DNA of 64,000 nt from Nostoc sp. (GCF_036917815.1 NZ_JBALEK010000098.1:1915-65914); one strand, 5' to 3'. Shown: positions 40,779 to 51,256, counted from the first letter of the stretch. Program-made: numbers and translations. The notes: generated from the sequence alone by a model not told the origin.

Positions 40779-41503
40779 GTTTGTTTTTTTGAATAATTAG
40801 TTGAAATTTCAAGTTCCTAATAATTCAGTTAATAACACTAATATTTGAATATAGCTGAAAAATAATATTATTTGCTCTATCAGTAGTAGTATAAATCTCT
40901 ATTCCTTAAGTCGGAAAAGTTGAGGCAGAGGGCAAGAGCCTGGAGAAAACTATCAAGTTAGGTTTTTAGGACTTGTGTGTACACCCTAGCCCTGCTTGCT
41001 CTTAGGGGTTCTTTGAGTTTAATAACTAATCAAGCGGTCATGATATGACTTTTGTGTACACCCTAGCCTCAAAGAAAAGAGGAATGGAGTTAAGAAGTAA
41101 AAAGTAAAAAGTAAAAAGATAATCCCCATAAATAAATTGAGGGGATTTAATAAGGACACCTTATTTCTCTCTCCGAGACGCAATCATGCGAACGCGCTGC
41201 GCCACGACGCTCGATGACTCGCTTGCCGCCGGCGCTATCGTTATAAATGTTTTTATTTCATTCCATAAATAAATTTAGTTGCTCTCAAACCATTTTTCTT
41301 TTTCTTGATGAGTGCCTTTTTACTTTTTACTTTTTACTTTTGCCTTGTTCGGTGAGGTTGCATCCAAAGGAGAATCGTTGTAGCGAATTGACCAACAGTA
41401 TCATCTGAACTATGGAAATATGACAGCGTGTCTTTTGACACGATTTTACTATTACAGCAACAATGCTACTTAGTGGCTGTTTTTACTGAGTGTGAAATAG
41501 AAC

Positions 41504-43573
41504 GTGAAAAAGTATTTTTTGTTGCTACCAGTTGCTTTACCAAGTTTACTGATAGCGTTTCCTGCCTTTGCTGACGATATTGAAATTAAGCGGAAAAACA
41601 CGAATATATTATCAGATATTCCAAATTTGAGTGAAATTGAGCTACCCGCCAGTAATGCCGAATTATTAACTCAACAATCTGCACCGAGTGAAATTGATCC
41701 AGAAACAGAGCAACGTCCGAGCGATGATGTAGACATTTCTATAGAAGCGATCGCAGAACCATACAACCTACCTCAATCTACTCCAACTTACGTAATTGAT
41801 CGAGAAGAAATTCAAAAGCAGGGTGCTACAAGTTTAGCCGATATTTTGAAAAGAATGCCTGGTTTTGCAATCAATGACGCAGGTCATGGTGCAGATATTC
41901 ACACAGGTACATACTATCGGGGAGCCTCAATTAATCAGTCTGTATTTTTGATTAATGGCAGACCAATTAATAATAATGTTAACACTTATCATGGTGGAAC
42001 CGATTTAAATAGTATTCCCGTAGAGGCGATTGAGCGAGTGGAATTATATAGCGGTACAGCTTCCGCTTTGTATGGTTCCTCAGCCTTTGGGGGAGTTGTG
42101 AATATCATCACCAAGGAAGGTTATGGTAAACCTAAATTGAGTGGTAGCGCAGAATTTGGCTCATTGAGTTTAAATAATCAACAAGTGACTTATGGTGGCT
42201 CATCTGCTAATATCAAGTACAACTTGAGCTTTGAAAGACTTTTTACAGATAACCGTTACCGTGTCCCGGTAGGTGCAGCCAATCGTGATAGTCAGGGGTT
42301 TTTATCGAATGCAGACACAGCTACAAGTACTTACTTTGCTAGCATTGGACTAGATTTAGATAAAAAAAACTCTTTAAATTTAGATGTTAGTAAACTCAGC
42401 AGTCGTCGCGGCTTAATTTATTTCGGTTTCCCTCTCCAAAGAGATAGATTAGACCATGATGGTTTAAATGTTGGCTTATCTTGGAAAACTCGGCTAGGTA
42501 ATGGTGAAAGCTCTAATCTGACAACCTCGATTGGTTATAACCAAGATTATTTTAGCACCTATGGCCCGACAGGAGCATTTTACCGTACTGGAGCTTTGGA
42601 TACACAACAACTTACAGCCAGAGTAGAGCATGAGTGGAAAGTTACTGCCAATAATAAATTGCGCTGGGGATTAGATTTGAAAAATACCGACTTAATCGGT
42701 GATGTTTTGAGTACAAATCCTAGTAGTATTGCCAAAAACGAAACTGAAGATCGGAGTTTGTTGAATACTGCTTTATTTGCTGTCAATACTTGGAATATTG
42801 GCGAGAACTTTCTGATAGATTTAGGGCTAAGGCAAAGCTTTGATACCCAGTTTGGAAATTATTTAAACCCTAGTGTTGGATTACGTTATGCCCTCACACC
42901 AATAGTAGCAGTGCGTGGAAGTTGGGCAGGGGGACAACGCAATCCTGGGTTAGATCAGTTGTATGTTTATGATACAGTTCATGGTTGGGAACCTAATTCT
43001 AATTTAAGACCAGAAATTGGCTCAACTTGGACTGCGGGAGTAGATGTCAATTTTTCTCAAAATCTAATTGGACAGTTTACTTACTTTGGTAGTAGTATAG
43101 GCGATCGCTTGGGAGTCATCGCCGGAAAATGGGAAAACATTGGACTAGTAGATACCAATGGTTTGGAGGCTGCATTACAATTCCAAATTGCGGCTAGCTG
43201 GTCAACTTTTCTCAACTATACTTATACAGATTCTCAAATAAAAACAGGCTCAGAGAATGGTTTACAGTTAGGCTTGATTCCCTACTCTGTACTTCAAAGT
43301 GGCGTGGGTTATCAAAATTCCGGTTGGCAGGCTAACTTGTATGTTACCTACAATAGTGGCGCTCGTAGATCCGTTTTTGCCAACTCTAATGACAAGGCTA
43401 CAGATTTTGCACCGTCTTTCGTGAATTTAGATTTGAGTGGGCGTATACCTCTAACTAGCAATTTAGGACTGATAGTTTACTTAGAAAATTTACTCGGTGA
43501 GCAATATGAGCGAGTTAATCGCATATATAGCCCTGGATTTACTTTTCGTGTGGGTTTAAACGCCAACTTTTAG
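41504..43573 (+). CDS. TonB-dependent outer-membrane receptor (BtuB-like, substrate unknown)
   Basis: Signal peptide, plug IDREEI..ATSLADIL..PG, IERVELYSG..SALYG..AFGGVVNIIT, terminal F. Confidence 0.92.
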   Translation: MKKYFLLLPVALPSLLIAFPAFADDIEIKRKNTNILSDIPNLSEIELPASNAELLTQQSAPSEIDPETEQRPSDDVDISIEAIAEPYNLPQSTPTYVIDREEIQKQGATSLADILKRMPGFAINDAGHGADIHTGTYYRGASINQSVFLINGRPINNNVNTYHGGTDLNSIPVEAIERVELYSGTASALYGSSAFGGVVNIITKEGYGKPKLSGSAEFGSLSLNNQQVTYGGSSANIKYNLSFERLFTDNRYRVPVGAANRDSQGFLSNADTATSTYFASIGLDLDKKNSLNLDVSKLSSRRGLIYFGFPLQRDRLDHDGLNVGLSWKTRLGNGESSNLTTSIGYNQDYFSTYGPTGAFYRTGALDTQQLTARVEHEWKVTANNKLRWGLDLKNTDLIGDVLSTNPSSIAKNETEDRSLLNTALFAVNTWNIGENFLIDLGLRQSFDTQFGNYLNPSVGLRYALTPIVAVRGSWAGGQRNPGLDQLYVYDTVHGWEPNSNLRPEIGSTWTAGVDVNFSQNLIGQFTYFGSSIGDRLGVIAGKWENIGLVDTNGLEAALQFQIAASWSTFLNYTYTDSQIKTGSENGLQLGLIPYSVLQSGVGYQNSGWQANLYVTYNSGARRSVFANSNDKATDFAPSFVNLDLSGRIPLTSNLGLIVYLENLLGEQYERVNRIYSPGFTFRVGLNANF

Positions 43574-43595
43574 GTCTTAGACCTCTTGCAAAAGC

Positions 43596-43860
43596 TGACT
43601 TTTCACGGTATCTGGAAAACCTCTCTTCTATTTCTCTCTGCTTCTAGGCTACGGTGTACACACAAGTCGAATTACCCTCCTTATAAAGGTGGGAAACAGG
43701 AAATCTAATTCCCTCCCCTTTATAAGGGGAGGCTTAGGGTGGGGTAAAACCTTGGTTAATCAGCTATCTCAGACTTGTGTGTACACTGTATCCTTTTCGG
43801 AGAGAGACTTTGAATTTTCCCCTTGCCCGCGTCGGGAAGGGGGTTAGGGGGTTAGGTTTT
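43596..43860. repeat. Composite repeat (ctgacttttcacg end plus nested gctacggtgtacacac element)
   Basis: Shares modules with 17931, 32763 and 50337. Confidence 0.7.
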
Positions 43861-43876
43861 TTACCAGAAGTGCTAA

Positions 43877-46792
43877 TCAATCGGGTCTTAAATCATTAGA
43901 TAATTCTACAATTCCCCTAGAGCCATCAATCCGTACACGTTGACCATCTTGCAAGATCCATGTAGCACCATGAACATCCATAACTGCGGGAATCCCATAC
44001 TCACGAGCCACGATCGCACCGTGAGAAAGTCTTCCACCAGCTTCGGCAATTAATCCCCCAGCCCTTAGTAACAAGGGTGCCCAGCCGGAATCTGTGTAAG
44101 GCACTACTAGAATCGTATCTCGGTCAATGTCTGGCACATCTTGTAAATTTCGCAACACCTTCACTCTCCCTTCGGCTTGCCCGTGACTGGCTCCAATACC
44201 TTGTAAAATTTGGTCAGAGTAAAGTTCCGAGGGGGCTAAGGGGTGAGGTGGTGTATTGCCGTAGACTAAAAGAGGGACTTGAATAATCTCGCTATCTTGC
44301 CCAAATTGCGATCGCCTCAATTCCACTAACTCATCCAATTCCTCAATTAACTTGGAATCTTCACCTACAACTAAACGCCGCACTTGATCAAAGTTTAGAA
44401 AAAAGATATCGTCTATTTTCTTGAGTAAACCAGACTTTAACCAAATCTTCTCTAAGGCGACAAAACTCCAACGTAATTCAGCCAAAAGCCGGGAATAAAC
44501 TTCGGTAACTCTTCCTTTAATATCCACACGCCGTTGCACAAAAGAGCGCTGGCGTTTCCTAGCAAAGATACTATTAATCGCGTCTTTCGCGCCTGATTGT
44601 GGTTCGTTACCCTGCATTAACTGCACAAACATCTGCTTGATCATTTGGGGATTTTCCCGCCAAGTGGGAACGGAGATATCAGTTCCCACTTCACTTAAAT
44701 AGCCGTAATCCTGAAGCAATTCGTTAAATGCTTGGAGGATCTTTTCTCCCTCTGGGGTTTGCTTTAATTGCTCAAATACTTGCTGTGGATCAAACTCAAG
44801 CAATATTTGCTTGGCATCTGTGGCGATCGCACTGAGCGATCGCAATGCTGCAATCTCTGGAGTTACACTATTATCAATTTGCCCATCCTTCACCCGGAAA
44901 ATCGCCTGTCTCAGAGCAGCACTCAAGGGTGCTAAAATGCTATAATAGGTTCCCTGACGCAGTAACTCTAAGGTAAAATCAATTCTTGCTAACAGCCTTG
45001 GCGGTTCTAAGTTATCTACATCTTCCTCTGCCAACTGCGACAACCCAGGAATGAAGCGTTTATGATAATCCTGCTTGAAGTCTTTTTCTAAACTTAATTC
45101 CCGCTTCAGCAACTTTCCTAGTCCTGGCAAATTTTCCCAGATTGACTTCCAAGACGGCTTACTTAATTTAGCTCCTCTGGTTAAAAATTCCAGACTTTCT
45201 GGCGGTAGTCCCATGCGGAGAAAAATATCTCCTAAGAGGGATGCATTAAAGTAGGCTCTCGAATACTGCAAACTTGCTGTTTCACTGAAGTCTAACCCCA
45301 AAGCGCGTTCGGCTAAAACTAAAGTAAAAAATTCTCCCCAAACTCCACAAGTTAAGGGACGATTAATTGACCATGTTAAGGGATGAATTACTCCCGGAAT
45401 CACTTCGGCGGCGATTTTGCGTGTCCAGATGGGCAGTAGTGTGGTGATTGGTCGAGATTGTAACACCCAAAGGGTTTGACCGTCGTAACTCCACTCGATA
45501 TCTTGAGGAGTGCCATGATAACGTTTTTCCAGTCGGTAGGCTAAGTATGCAACTTGTTTAATTAATGCTTGTGGGACTCGTCCTTGACCCTCTAATTGTA
45601 TAGAGTAAGAATTTTCGGCTTCAACGACAAAAGCGCGATATTGTTCTGGTGTGACTTTTCCCGAAACGACTTGCGTCGGGCTGCCTGGAAGGGCTTCAAT
45701 GATGATCGCATCACCTTGTTGGGTAATGGGATCGCGGCTGAAAGCAACGCCAGAATATACACTCTGGACTTGTTGTTGAATCAACACAGCCATTGCTGTA
45801 TCATTTAAGCCGCGATCGCGCCGATATTGGACAGCAGAAGGATGATTGTAGGAAGCTTGAACTTGAGCGATCGCTGATTGTAATGCTTCTGGGCTAGTAA
45901 CATTTAAAATTGTTTCATACTGCCCAGCCGCAGAAGCGTGTTCTGAATCTTCTCCGATAGCAGAGGAACGTACTACCAAAGGGGATAATTCTGATGGCTG
46001 GAGAAATTCTGTCAAGAGTTGAGGATCATCGATTGGGGCGAGTACCCACCCCTTCGGGACTGGATAACCCCAACGCTTAATTTGAGATAACGTCGCGGCC
46101 TTTTCTCCGACAATGGCAGCATCTAATTCTTCATCTAAAGAAACCATTGTGCGTTGGCGTAGCCCGTCGTAGACATCGCCGCGTAAAAATTCCAACATCG
46201 CTTGCGATTCTGTTTGTGCCTCTTGGGTTGGGAGGTTCATATCATCAGGAATTTTGGTGTAAATCCAGCCCATTAAACCAGCTAAGGCCACAGCAGCAAG
46301 TATTCTGGGAATATCGCTAATATGCAGAAGTGCCACAAACAAAGGAAAAAGCAGCAAAACCCCAAATTTGACTACCTTTCTTGATTGCAGAATTGTCAAA
46401 CTAATACCTGCAAAGAAAGATACAAACATTGCTACCAGTGGATCGTGTACGATAAATCCCCAGACAACATTTGTCGTACCTGCTCCTCTCCCTATCCAAT
46501 ATCTACCAATTACTAGAGCAATCAGGGCAATCAATTCCCAAGAAGAGCCATCTGGGAAGAAAAAGCGGGTGAGTGAGACTGCCGCAATCCCTTTAAAAGC
46601 TTCTGACAAGACTGCCAGAATTCCGACAAATTTACCGCCATGATAGAAGGCAGCCGATACACTAATGTTTCCTGTACCAAGTTGCGATAACTGCTTCCCC
46701 TTGAGGGCGTAAGTTATCCATGAAATTAAGGGTAATCCGCCCAAGAGGGGGCAGACAATTAAAATAACTAAAACACCCCAAGGTTCAAACAT
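43877..46792 (-). CDS. Fusion of PlsY-like membrane domain, ATP-grasp (PPDK_N), middle domain and phosphohistidine swivel domain
   Basis: GTGNIS, SEAFKG, GRGAG; GEKAATL, VRSSA.GED..AGQY, IEW..LQSRPIT; GGRLSHGAIVAREYGIPAV. Confidence 0.88.
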   Translation of the reverse strand: MFEPWGVLVILIVCPLLGGLPLISWITYALKGKQLSQLGTGNISVSAAFYHGGKFVGILAVLSEAFKGIAAVSLTRFFFPDGSSWELIALIALVIGRYWIGRGAGTTNVVWGFIVHDPLVAMFVSFFAGISLTILQSRKVVKFGVLLLFPLFVALLHISDIPRILAAVALAGLMGWIYTKIPDDMNLPTQEAQTESQAMLEFLRGDVYDGLRQRTMVSLDEELDAAIVGEKAATLSQIKRWGYPVPKGWVLAPIDDPQLLTEFLQPSELSPLVVRSSAIGEDSEHASAAGQYETILNVTSPEALQSAIAQVQASYNHPSAVQYRRDRGLNDTAMAVLIQQQVQSVYSGVAFSRDPITQQGDAIIIEALPGSPTQVVSGKVTPEQYRAFVVEAENSYSIQLEGQGRVPQALIKQVAYLAYRLEKRYHGTPQDIEWSYDGQTLWVLQSRPITTLLPIWTRKIAAEVIPGVIHPLTWSINRPLTCGVWGEFFTLVLAERALGLDFSETASLQYSRAYFNASLLGDIFLRMGLPPESLEFLTRGAKLSKPSWKSIWENLPGLGKLLKRELSLEKDFKQDYHKRFIPGLSQLAEEDVDNLEPPRLLARIDFTLELLRQGTYYSILAPLSAALRQAIFRVKDGQIDNSVTPEIAALRSLSAIATDAKQILLEFDPQQVFEQLKQTPEGEKILQAFNELLQDYGYLSEVGTDISVPTWRENPQMIKQMFVQLMQGNEPQSGAKDAINSIFARKRQRSFVQRRVDIKGRVTEVYSRLLAELRWSFVALEKIWLKSGLLKKIDDIFFLNFDQVRRLVVGEDSKLIEELDELVELRRSQFGQDSEIIQVPLLVYGNTPPHPLAPSELYSDQILQGIGASHGQAEGRVKVLRNLQDVPDIDRDTILVVPYTDSGWAPLLLRAGGLIAEAGGRLSHGAIVAREYGIPAVMDVHGATWILQDGQRVRIDGSRGIVELSNDLRPD

Positions 46793-46956
46793 TGTGGATT
46801 TTGGATTTTAGATTTAAATTTTCCATCTAAAACCTCAAATCTCAAATCTAAATTTTTTCTGAAATTTTTGATGGTTATTAGGGCGCTTTTAACAGAAAGA
46901 ATTCAGAAGTCAGGAGTCAGGATTCAGAATCGATTGAATCCCCAAAGGAAAACCAT

Positions 46957-46987
46957 TCTGGATTCTGGATTCTGGATTCTGGATTCA
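46957..46987. repeat. Heptamer tandem repeat (ATTCTGG)n
   Basis: attctggattctggattctggattctggatt; other heptamer tracts at ~47337, 48856, 61614, 62262 and 62485. Confidence 0.9.
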
Positions 46988-47064
46988 ATTACTAGTTGCT
47001 GAAGGGACACTTGGCTAGGACGGAAACCGTTTAAGACAAGTGTCCTTCTAGGCTACTAATGGTT

Positions 47065-47241
47065 TTAGTTTAGCGCATAGGCAGCTTGCAGCGCCCAGAT
47101 GATGAGAGCAGCGATCGATCCCAAAAGCAACACGGTAGAGATAGTGACTACTTTGGGGGAATCTGCACCCTCAAATTTCATAATTCCTCGGTTTAAGTCG
47201 GACACAGCTTTGTAATCCTCTCTTGTTGGAGCATGAAACAT
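47065..47241 (-). CDS. 58-aa single-TM small protein, absent from the ORF track
   Basis: Translated by hand: MFHAPTREDYKAVSDLNRGIMKFEGADSPKVVTISTVLLLGSIAALIIWALQAAYALN. Confidence 0.65.
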   Translation of the reverse strand: MFHAPTREDYKAVSDLNRGIMKFEGADSPKVVTISTVLLLGSIAALIIWALQAAYALN

Positions 47242-47407
47242 TTGTCCGTTTTGATTGTAGTCCTTCTATTTGCAGATGATGCTAAATTCACTTGAGGAAT
47301 TTAGGAGTGGGGATGAGGGGGATGAGGAGAATAACCCATGCCCAATGCCCAATGCCCAATCCCCCAGTATCATTAAAAAGCAACTCAGTATAAGAGGGTG
47401 TGAGTAG

Positions 47408-48373
47408 GTGAAAATAGCACTGATTGTGATTTCGGCTGTGGTTGTGGGATTGTTTGTGGTAGTAGAGATTGGACTGCGATCGCTCTTTGGTTTTGGTAAT
47501 CCTCTGATTTATATTGGCGATGAACAGATTGGTTATTTATTGGCTCCTAACCAGCGTACTCGCCGTTTTGGTAATCGCATTGAAATTAATGAATATTCTA
47601 TGCGAGGTAGTCCGATAAAAAAGATACCTGCACCTTCTGGGCTGCGAGTTTTACTTTTAGGTGATTCTATCGCTAATGGTGGTTGGTGGACAGATCAGAC
47701 TAATACAATATCTAGTTTGATGATGCGTTCTCTGGCATCATCCACTAGAAGTAATTATCGGGAAGTAGAAGTGCTAAATGCTTCAGCTAACTCTTGGGGT
47801 CCAAGGAACGAATTAGCTTATTTAGAGAAGTTTAGCAATTTCAACGCCCAAGTGGTAGTGTTATTAATTAATACCGATGATTTATTTGCTACTGCTCCTA
47901 CCTCTTTACCAGTAGGACGCGATCGCAACTATCGAGATAGTAAACCTCCCCTAGCATTAGTGGAAGTGTGGCAGCGTTATATCGCCAAGCAAAAGCCAAT
48001 TCCGGAAATGAAAGCACTAGAAAATGAACCAGGCGATCGCGTCGGGATTAATCTGGAAGCGATCGGTAAAATTCGAGCCATAACTCATCAAAGCAACAGC
48101 CAATTCCTGCTAGTTATGACTCCCTTGCTGCGAGAAATTGGTGAACCAGGCCCCCGCGATTACGAAATTAAAGCCCGTCAGCGCTTGAGCGACTTTACTA
48201 AAACACAGCAAATTAAGTATATAGACTTTTTACCGAGCTTCAATTCAAATACCAACCCCCAAGGTTTATATCACGACCACATTCACCTCAACTTGCAAGG
48301 CAATAAATTTGTCAGTGAAGTTATAGAGCGATCGCTTTTGGAAATACTAGAGGAAGTGCCACTTCGTCAGTAA
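47408..48373 (+). CDS. SGNH/GDSL hydrolase family protein, N-terminally anchored
   Basis: LGDSIANG, NASANSWG, INTDD, DHIHLN. Confidence 0.88.
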   Translation: MKIALIVISAVVVGLFVVVEIGLRSLFGFGNPLIYIGDEQIGYLLAPNQRTRRFGNRIEINEYSMRGSPIKKIPAPSGLRVLLLGDSIANGGWWTDQTNTISSLMMRSLASSTRSNYREVEVLNASANSWGPRNELAYLEKFSNFNAQVVVLLINTDDLFATAPTSLPVGRDRNYRDSKPPLALVEVWQRYIAKQKPIPEMKALENEPGDRVGINLEAIGKIRAITHQSNSQFLLVMTPLLREIGEPGPRDYEIKARQRLSDFTKTQQIKYIDFLPSFNSNTNPQGLYHDHIHLNLQGNKFVSEVIERSLLEILEEVPLRQ

Positions 48374-48403
48374 ATCGCAACATCCTCTTAAAGCCGAATA
48401 GCA

Positions 48404-48753
48404 GTGACATACTCCACACACTCCTAAGAGTGAGTGTGGGCTTCTCAATGACTCTTCTATGAAGACATTAATTGAGCTTTAAGGGCGTGTGTCCCACGCG
48501 CCTTTATATTTATACTTGCATTTAGATCACGACATAAACTGACTTTACAGTTAGGACAGTCATGAGTTCTTTGAGATAAAGTCTTTTTAACTCTAGTTCC
48601 ACAGTTAGAACATTCAATACTTGTGCCATTTGGATTTATTGCAACTACTTTCAAACCAGCGTTTTCGGCTTTGACTGTAAGTATTGAAATAAATTGACTC
48701 CAAGCAGCGTCACTAACACTTTTAGCTAGTCTTTCTTTTCGTTTGAGCTAAAA
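48404..48753 (-). mobile_element. Internal-deletion derivative of the 20546-22109 tnpB element
   Basis: 48404-48732 matches 20546-20874 (329 bp, no differences seen by eye) and is joined to the last 21 bp of the left end (22089-22109). Confidence 0.92.
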
Positions 48754-48882
48754 TAAGTCCAAAGTCTTGTCTTACCTCCTTCCCAGCCTAGAGGCTGGGA
48801 AGGAATTCCGAGAGGGCTGCTGCCTCTTGTCAAGCCAACTGAAAATTCACTTTTAATCTAAAATCTAAAATCCAAAATTGCT

Positions 48883-49179
48883 ATGAGAGCCAGAATTGAA
48901 AATAAAGTGCTTTTTATTCACCACGAAGATTTGCCAGAGTTTAAAAAGCCTGGTTCCGTGGTGAGAAACTCTTATTTCTGGGCGCTACGTTCAATTGCTG
49001 GTCAAGCTTCGCGTTATCGTGATTGGGAATACGAAACCGAGGTTTGGCTAGCGCTTTCACGAATGCTTTTGTCATTTGCTGAATCTGGGTATTTAGGTCA
49101 TAGAGAAACCTTGCTAGAGTTTCCTTTATCTCAAGGAGAAATTCCTAATATGCTCCGAGATGTGTCTACTTGGGAGTAG
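48883..49179 (+). CDS. Hypothetical protein (98 aa)
   Basis: Clean ATG ORF with protein-like composition; no family recognised. Confidence 0.7.
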   Translation: MRARIENKVLFIHHEDLPEFKKPGSVVRNSYFWALRSIAGQASRYRDWEYETEVWLALSRMLLSFAESGYLGHRETLLEFPLSQGEIPNMLRDVSTWE

Positions 49180-49270
49180 GGATGTATATACTTTTTTATT
49201 ACTCTGAAAAAAATCAAATATTTGTAGGTTGGGTTGAACAAAGTGAAACCCAACAAAATCACACGCTGTA

Positions 49271-49494
49271 TACAGCACTTTGCAAGTAAATGAAGTACAC
49301 CCTTCTCTTGACAAGTGGCTACGGTGAATTACCCCCCTTAATCCCCCCGTTTATTGGGGGAAACACCAAATCTAGTTCTCTCACGCCACATGCTTCAAGT
49401 CGGGCGTTGCCCGCCCAACCCAGTGGCTCCCCAATATATCGGGGAGGGTTAGGGTGGGGTATTTTTGTACCTCACCAACTCGCAATCTGCTGTA
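49271..49494. mobile_element. TACAGC-ended MITE-like element with nested palindromes
   Basis: tacagcactttgcaag / ctcgcaatctgctgta imperfect TIR, TA ends. Confidence 0.65.
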
Positions 49495-49674
49495 AATACT
49501 TTACAATACTGTAATTAATATCACATTGCTAAAATAATGCTTATACTAATCGGGCACTCAAATGACTTTTAATTCGTCACGATTAGCCATCATAGACAAA
49601 CCCTTAACATTAGTGTGAAGCAAGGCTAGTTGTGAGAAAACAATTAAAATGCAGCAGTTGGTGTAGGAAAAAAC

Positions 49675-50064
49675 GTGAAAATAGCAATTATTGCAAAAAC
49701 ATTAATTACATCTATCGGTTTGTTAGCTTTATTTGCTCCAAATCAAGCATCGGCTCAACTTATACCGCAACCTTGGGTTTCAGTTGGTGGAAAAGATGGT
49801 GATTTAACTTATGCTGTAGGAGCTAGGGCTTTGAACTTTGGGGTTGAGGTAGGAACTGGCCCTGATGGTGCTACAGGAGTAGATGTTTTGAAATTTATCA
49901 GTTTGCCTGTTATTTCACCTTATGTAGGAGTTGGACTTTATTCAGAAGATAAAGGTGTTGCAGTTTCAGGTGGTGTTCAGGTAAGTGCTACTGATAACGT
50001 TTTTGTTGGCGCTGGTTACAATTCTATTCGTGGCTTTAATGGGCAACTGGGAATAAGATTTTAA
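49675..50064 (+). CDS. Small secreted protein, probable outer-membrane beta-barrel
   Basis: Signal peptide ending ASA, Gly-rich alternating strands, C-terminal GQLGIRF. Confidence 0.75.
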   Translation: MKIAIIAKTLITSIGLLALFAPNQASAQLIPQPWVSVGGKDGDLTYAVGARALNFGVEVGTGPDGATGVDVLKFISLPVISPYVGVGLYSEDKGVAVSGGVQVSATDNVFVGAGYNSIRGFNGQLGIRF

Positions 50065-50336
50065 CAATTATCAGCACGTCCAATTTCTCCTTTTAGGTAT
50101 TTTTCGGAGAATTACGGGAATATTTACCCGATTTTTTTATGCTCTTTTTTAGCAAAGTTATTGACAATAATCATCGTTTGACGGCATATCAACCAGTGAA
50201 TTAAGTCGGTCTGCGTAAATAAGTAGTCAGACATAATTAATTATACAATGTAATTGCGAAGGTCGCAAAGCGGAATGAAGCAATTCGCTTTTTGCTTAAA
50301 TCTTTTCCCTCACCCCCAGCCCCTCTCCCATCTTTG

Positions 50337-50507
50337 GGCTACGGTGTACACACATCTTTGTGCTAAGTGCAAAATGTGGCTTGATCCCCCTAAATCCCCC
50401 TTAAAAAAGGGGGACTTTGATTCCGGTTCCCCCCTTTTTTAAGGGGGGTTAGGGGGGATCAAAAGGTTGTGAGGCTAGGTTATAAGACTTGTGTGTACAC
50501 CGTAGCC
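50337..50507. mobile_element. 171-bp MITE with GGCTACGGTGTACACACA TIR and 8-bp TSD
   Basis: TSD CATCTTTG at 50329-50336 and 50508-50515; sits inside another palindromic repeat. Confidence 0.85.
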
Positions 50508-50981
50508 CATCTTTGGGAGAGGGGAGACATAATTCTAGTTCCCCTTCTCCCATCTTTAGGAGAAGGGGTTAGGGGATGAGGGCTATCAAGGTCTTTTGCA
50601 CATTTGGGATGCTCCCCCCCAAACAAAAAACGTTCCTCTGGGCGTATTGTTTGTGCATAGACAAACAATCCTTTTTGCCATCCTTCTGCTGCAAATATTT
50701 TCTGTTTGTGTTAATCCTTGATTTGTGAGATACTATCGCAGTATTTAAAAAAGCTGTTTTATTAAGTAGACATAGGAGTGAAAATGACCTAGGGAGAATT
50801 CATGAATTGTCCCTACCAAGGATTTCGAGCAACGCAGAATTAATTTTCACTCCTATGTCTAGTGCAAACCCTTGTAAAATAAGATTTATACATAGAATAT
50901 ACAAATTTGCAATCATACTGATTGTGTCATTTGACAGCCTTTTTGAATACTGCTCCCCACTCCCCATACCCTGTCCTAATC

Positions 50982-51242
50982 ATGGACGCTTTTGTTCCTA
51001 TCCCACCTGAATGGACGAATGAAGCAACACACGCTTACGAGTTTTGCTGTCCTAACTGCCGCTCAAGTAGTCTAGAAGCTGAAAAAGTTTGGCTAAATAG
51101 GCGATCGCCTGTACTTACAGAAGACCGTCGTCGCAAATGGCAAGAGTTCTACTATTGTCATTGTGGTTATGTGTGGTGGGCTTGGAGTAGCGATCGCCCG
51201 CCAAAAGATATATCGAATCAGTCAGATTATAATCCTACATAG
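50982..51242 (+). CDS. Small Cys-rich zinc-ribbon-like protein (86 aa)
   Basis: CCPNC ... CHCG motifs; ATG at 50982. Confidence 0.75.
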   Translation: MDAFVPIPPEWTNEATHAYEFCCPNCRSSSLEAEKVWLNRRSPVLTEDRRRKWQEFYYCHCGYVWWAWSSDRPPKDISNQSDYNPT

Positions 51243-51256
51243 CTAATTTTCTTCCT

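Noticed and set aside
46957-47362. Tandem short repeats as a CRISPR array
   Set aside because: Heptamer STRR tracts without unique spacers; no cas genes in the window.
48457-48654. 65-aa zinc-finger ORF as an independent gene
   Set aside because: It is the identical tail of TnpB in a deleted IS copy.
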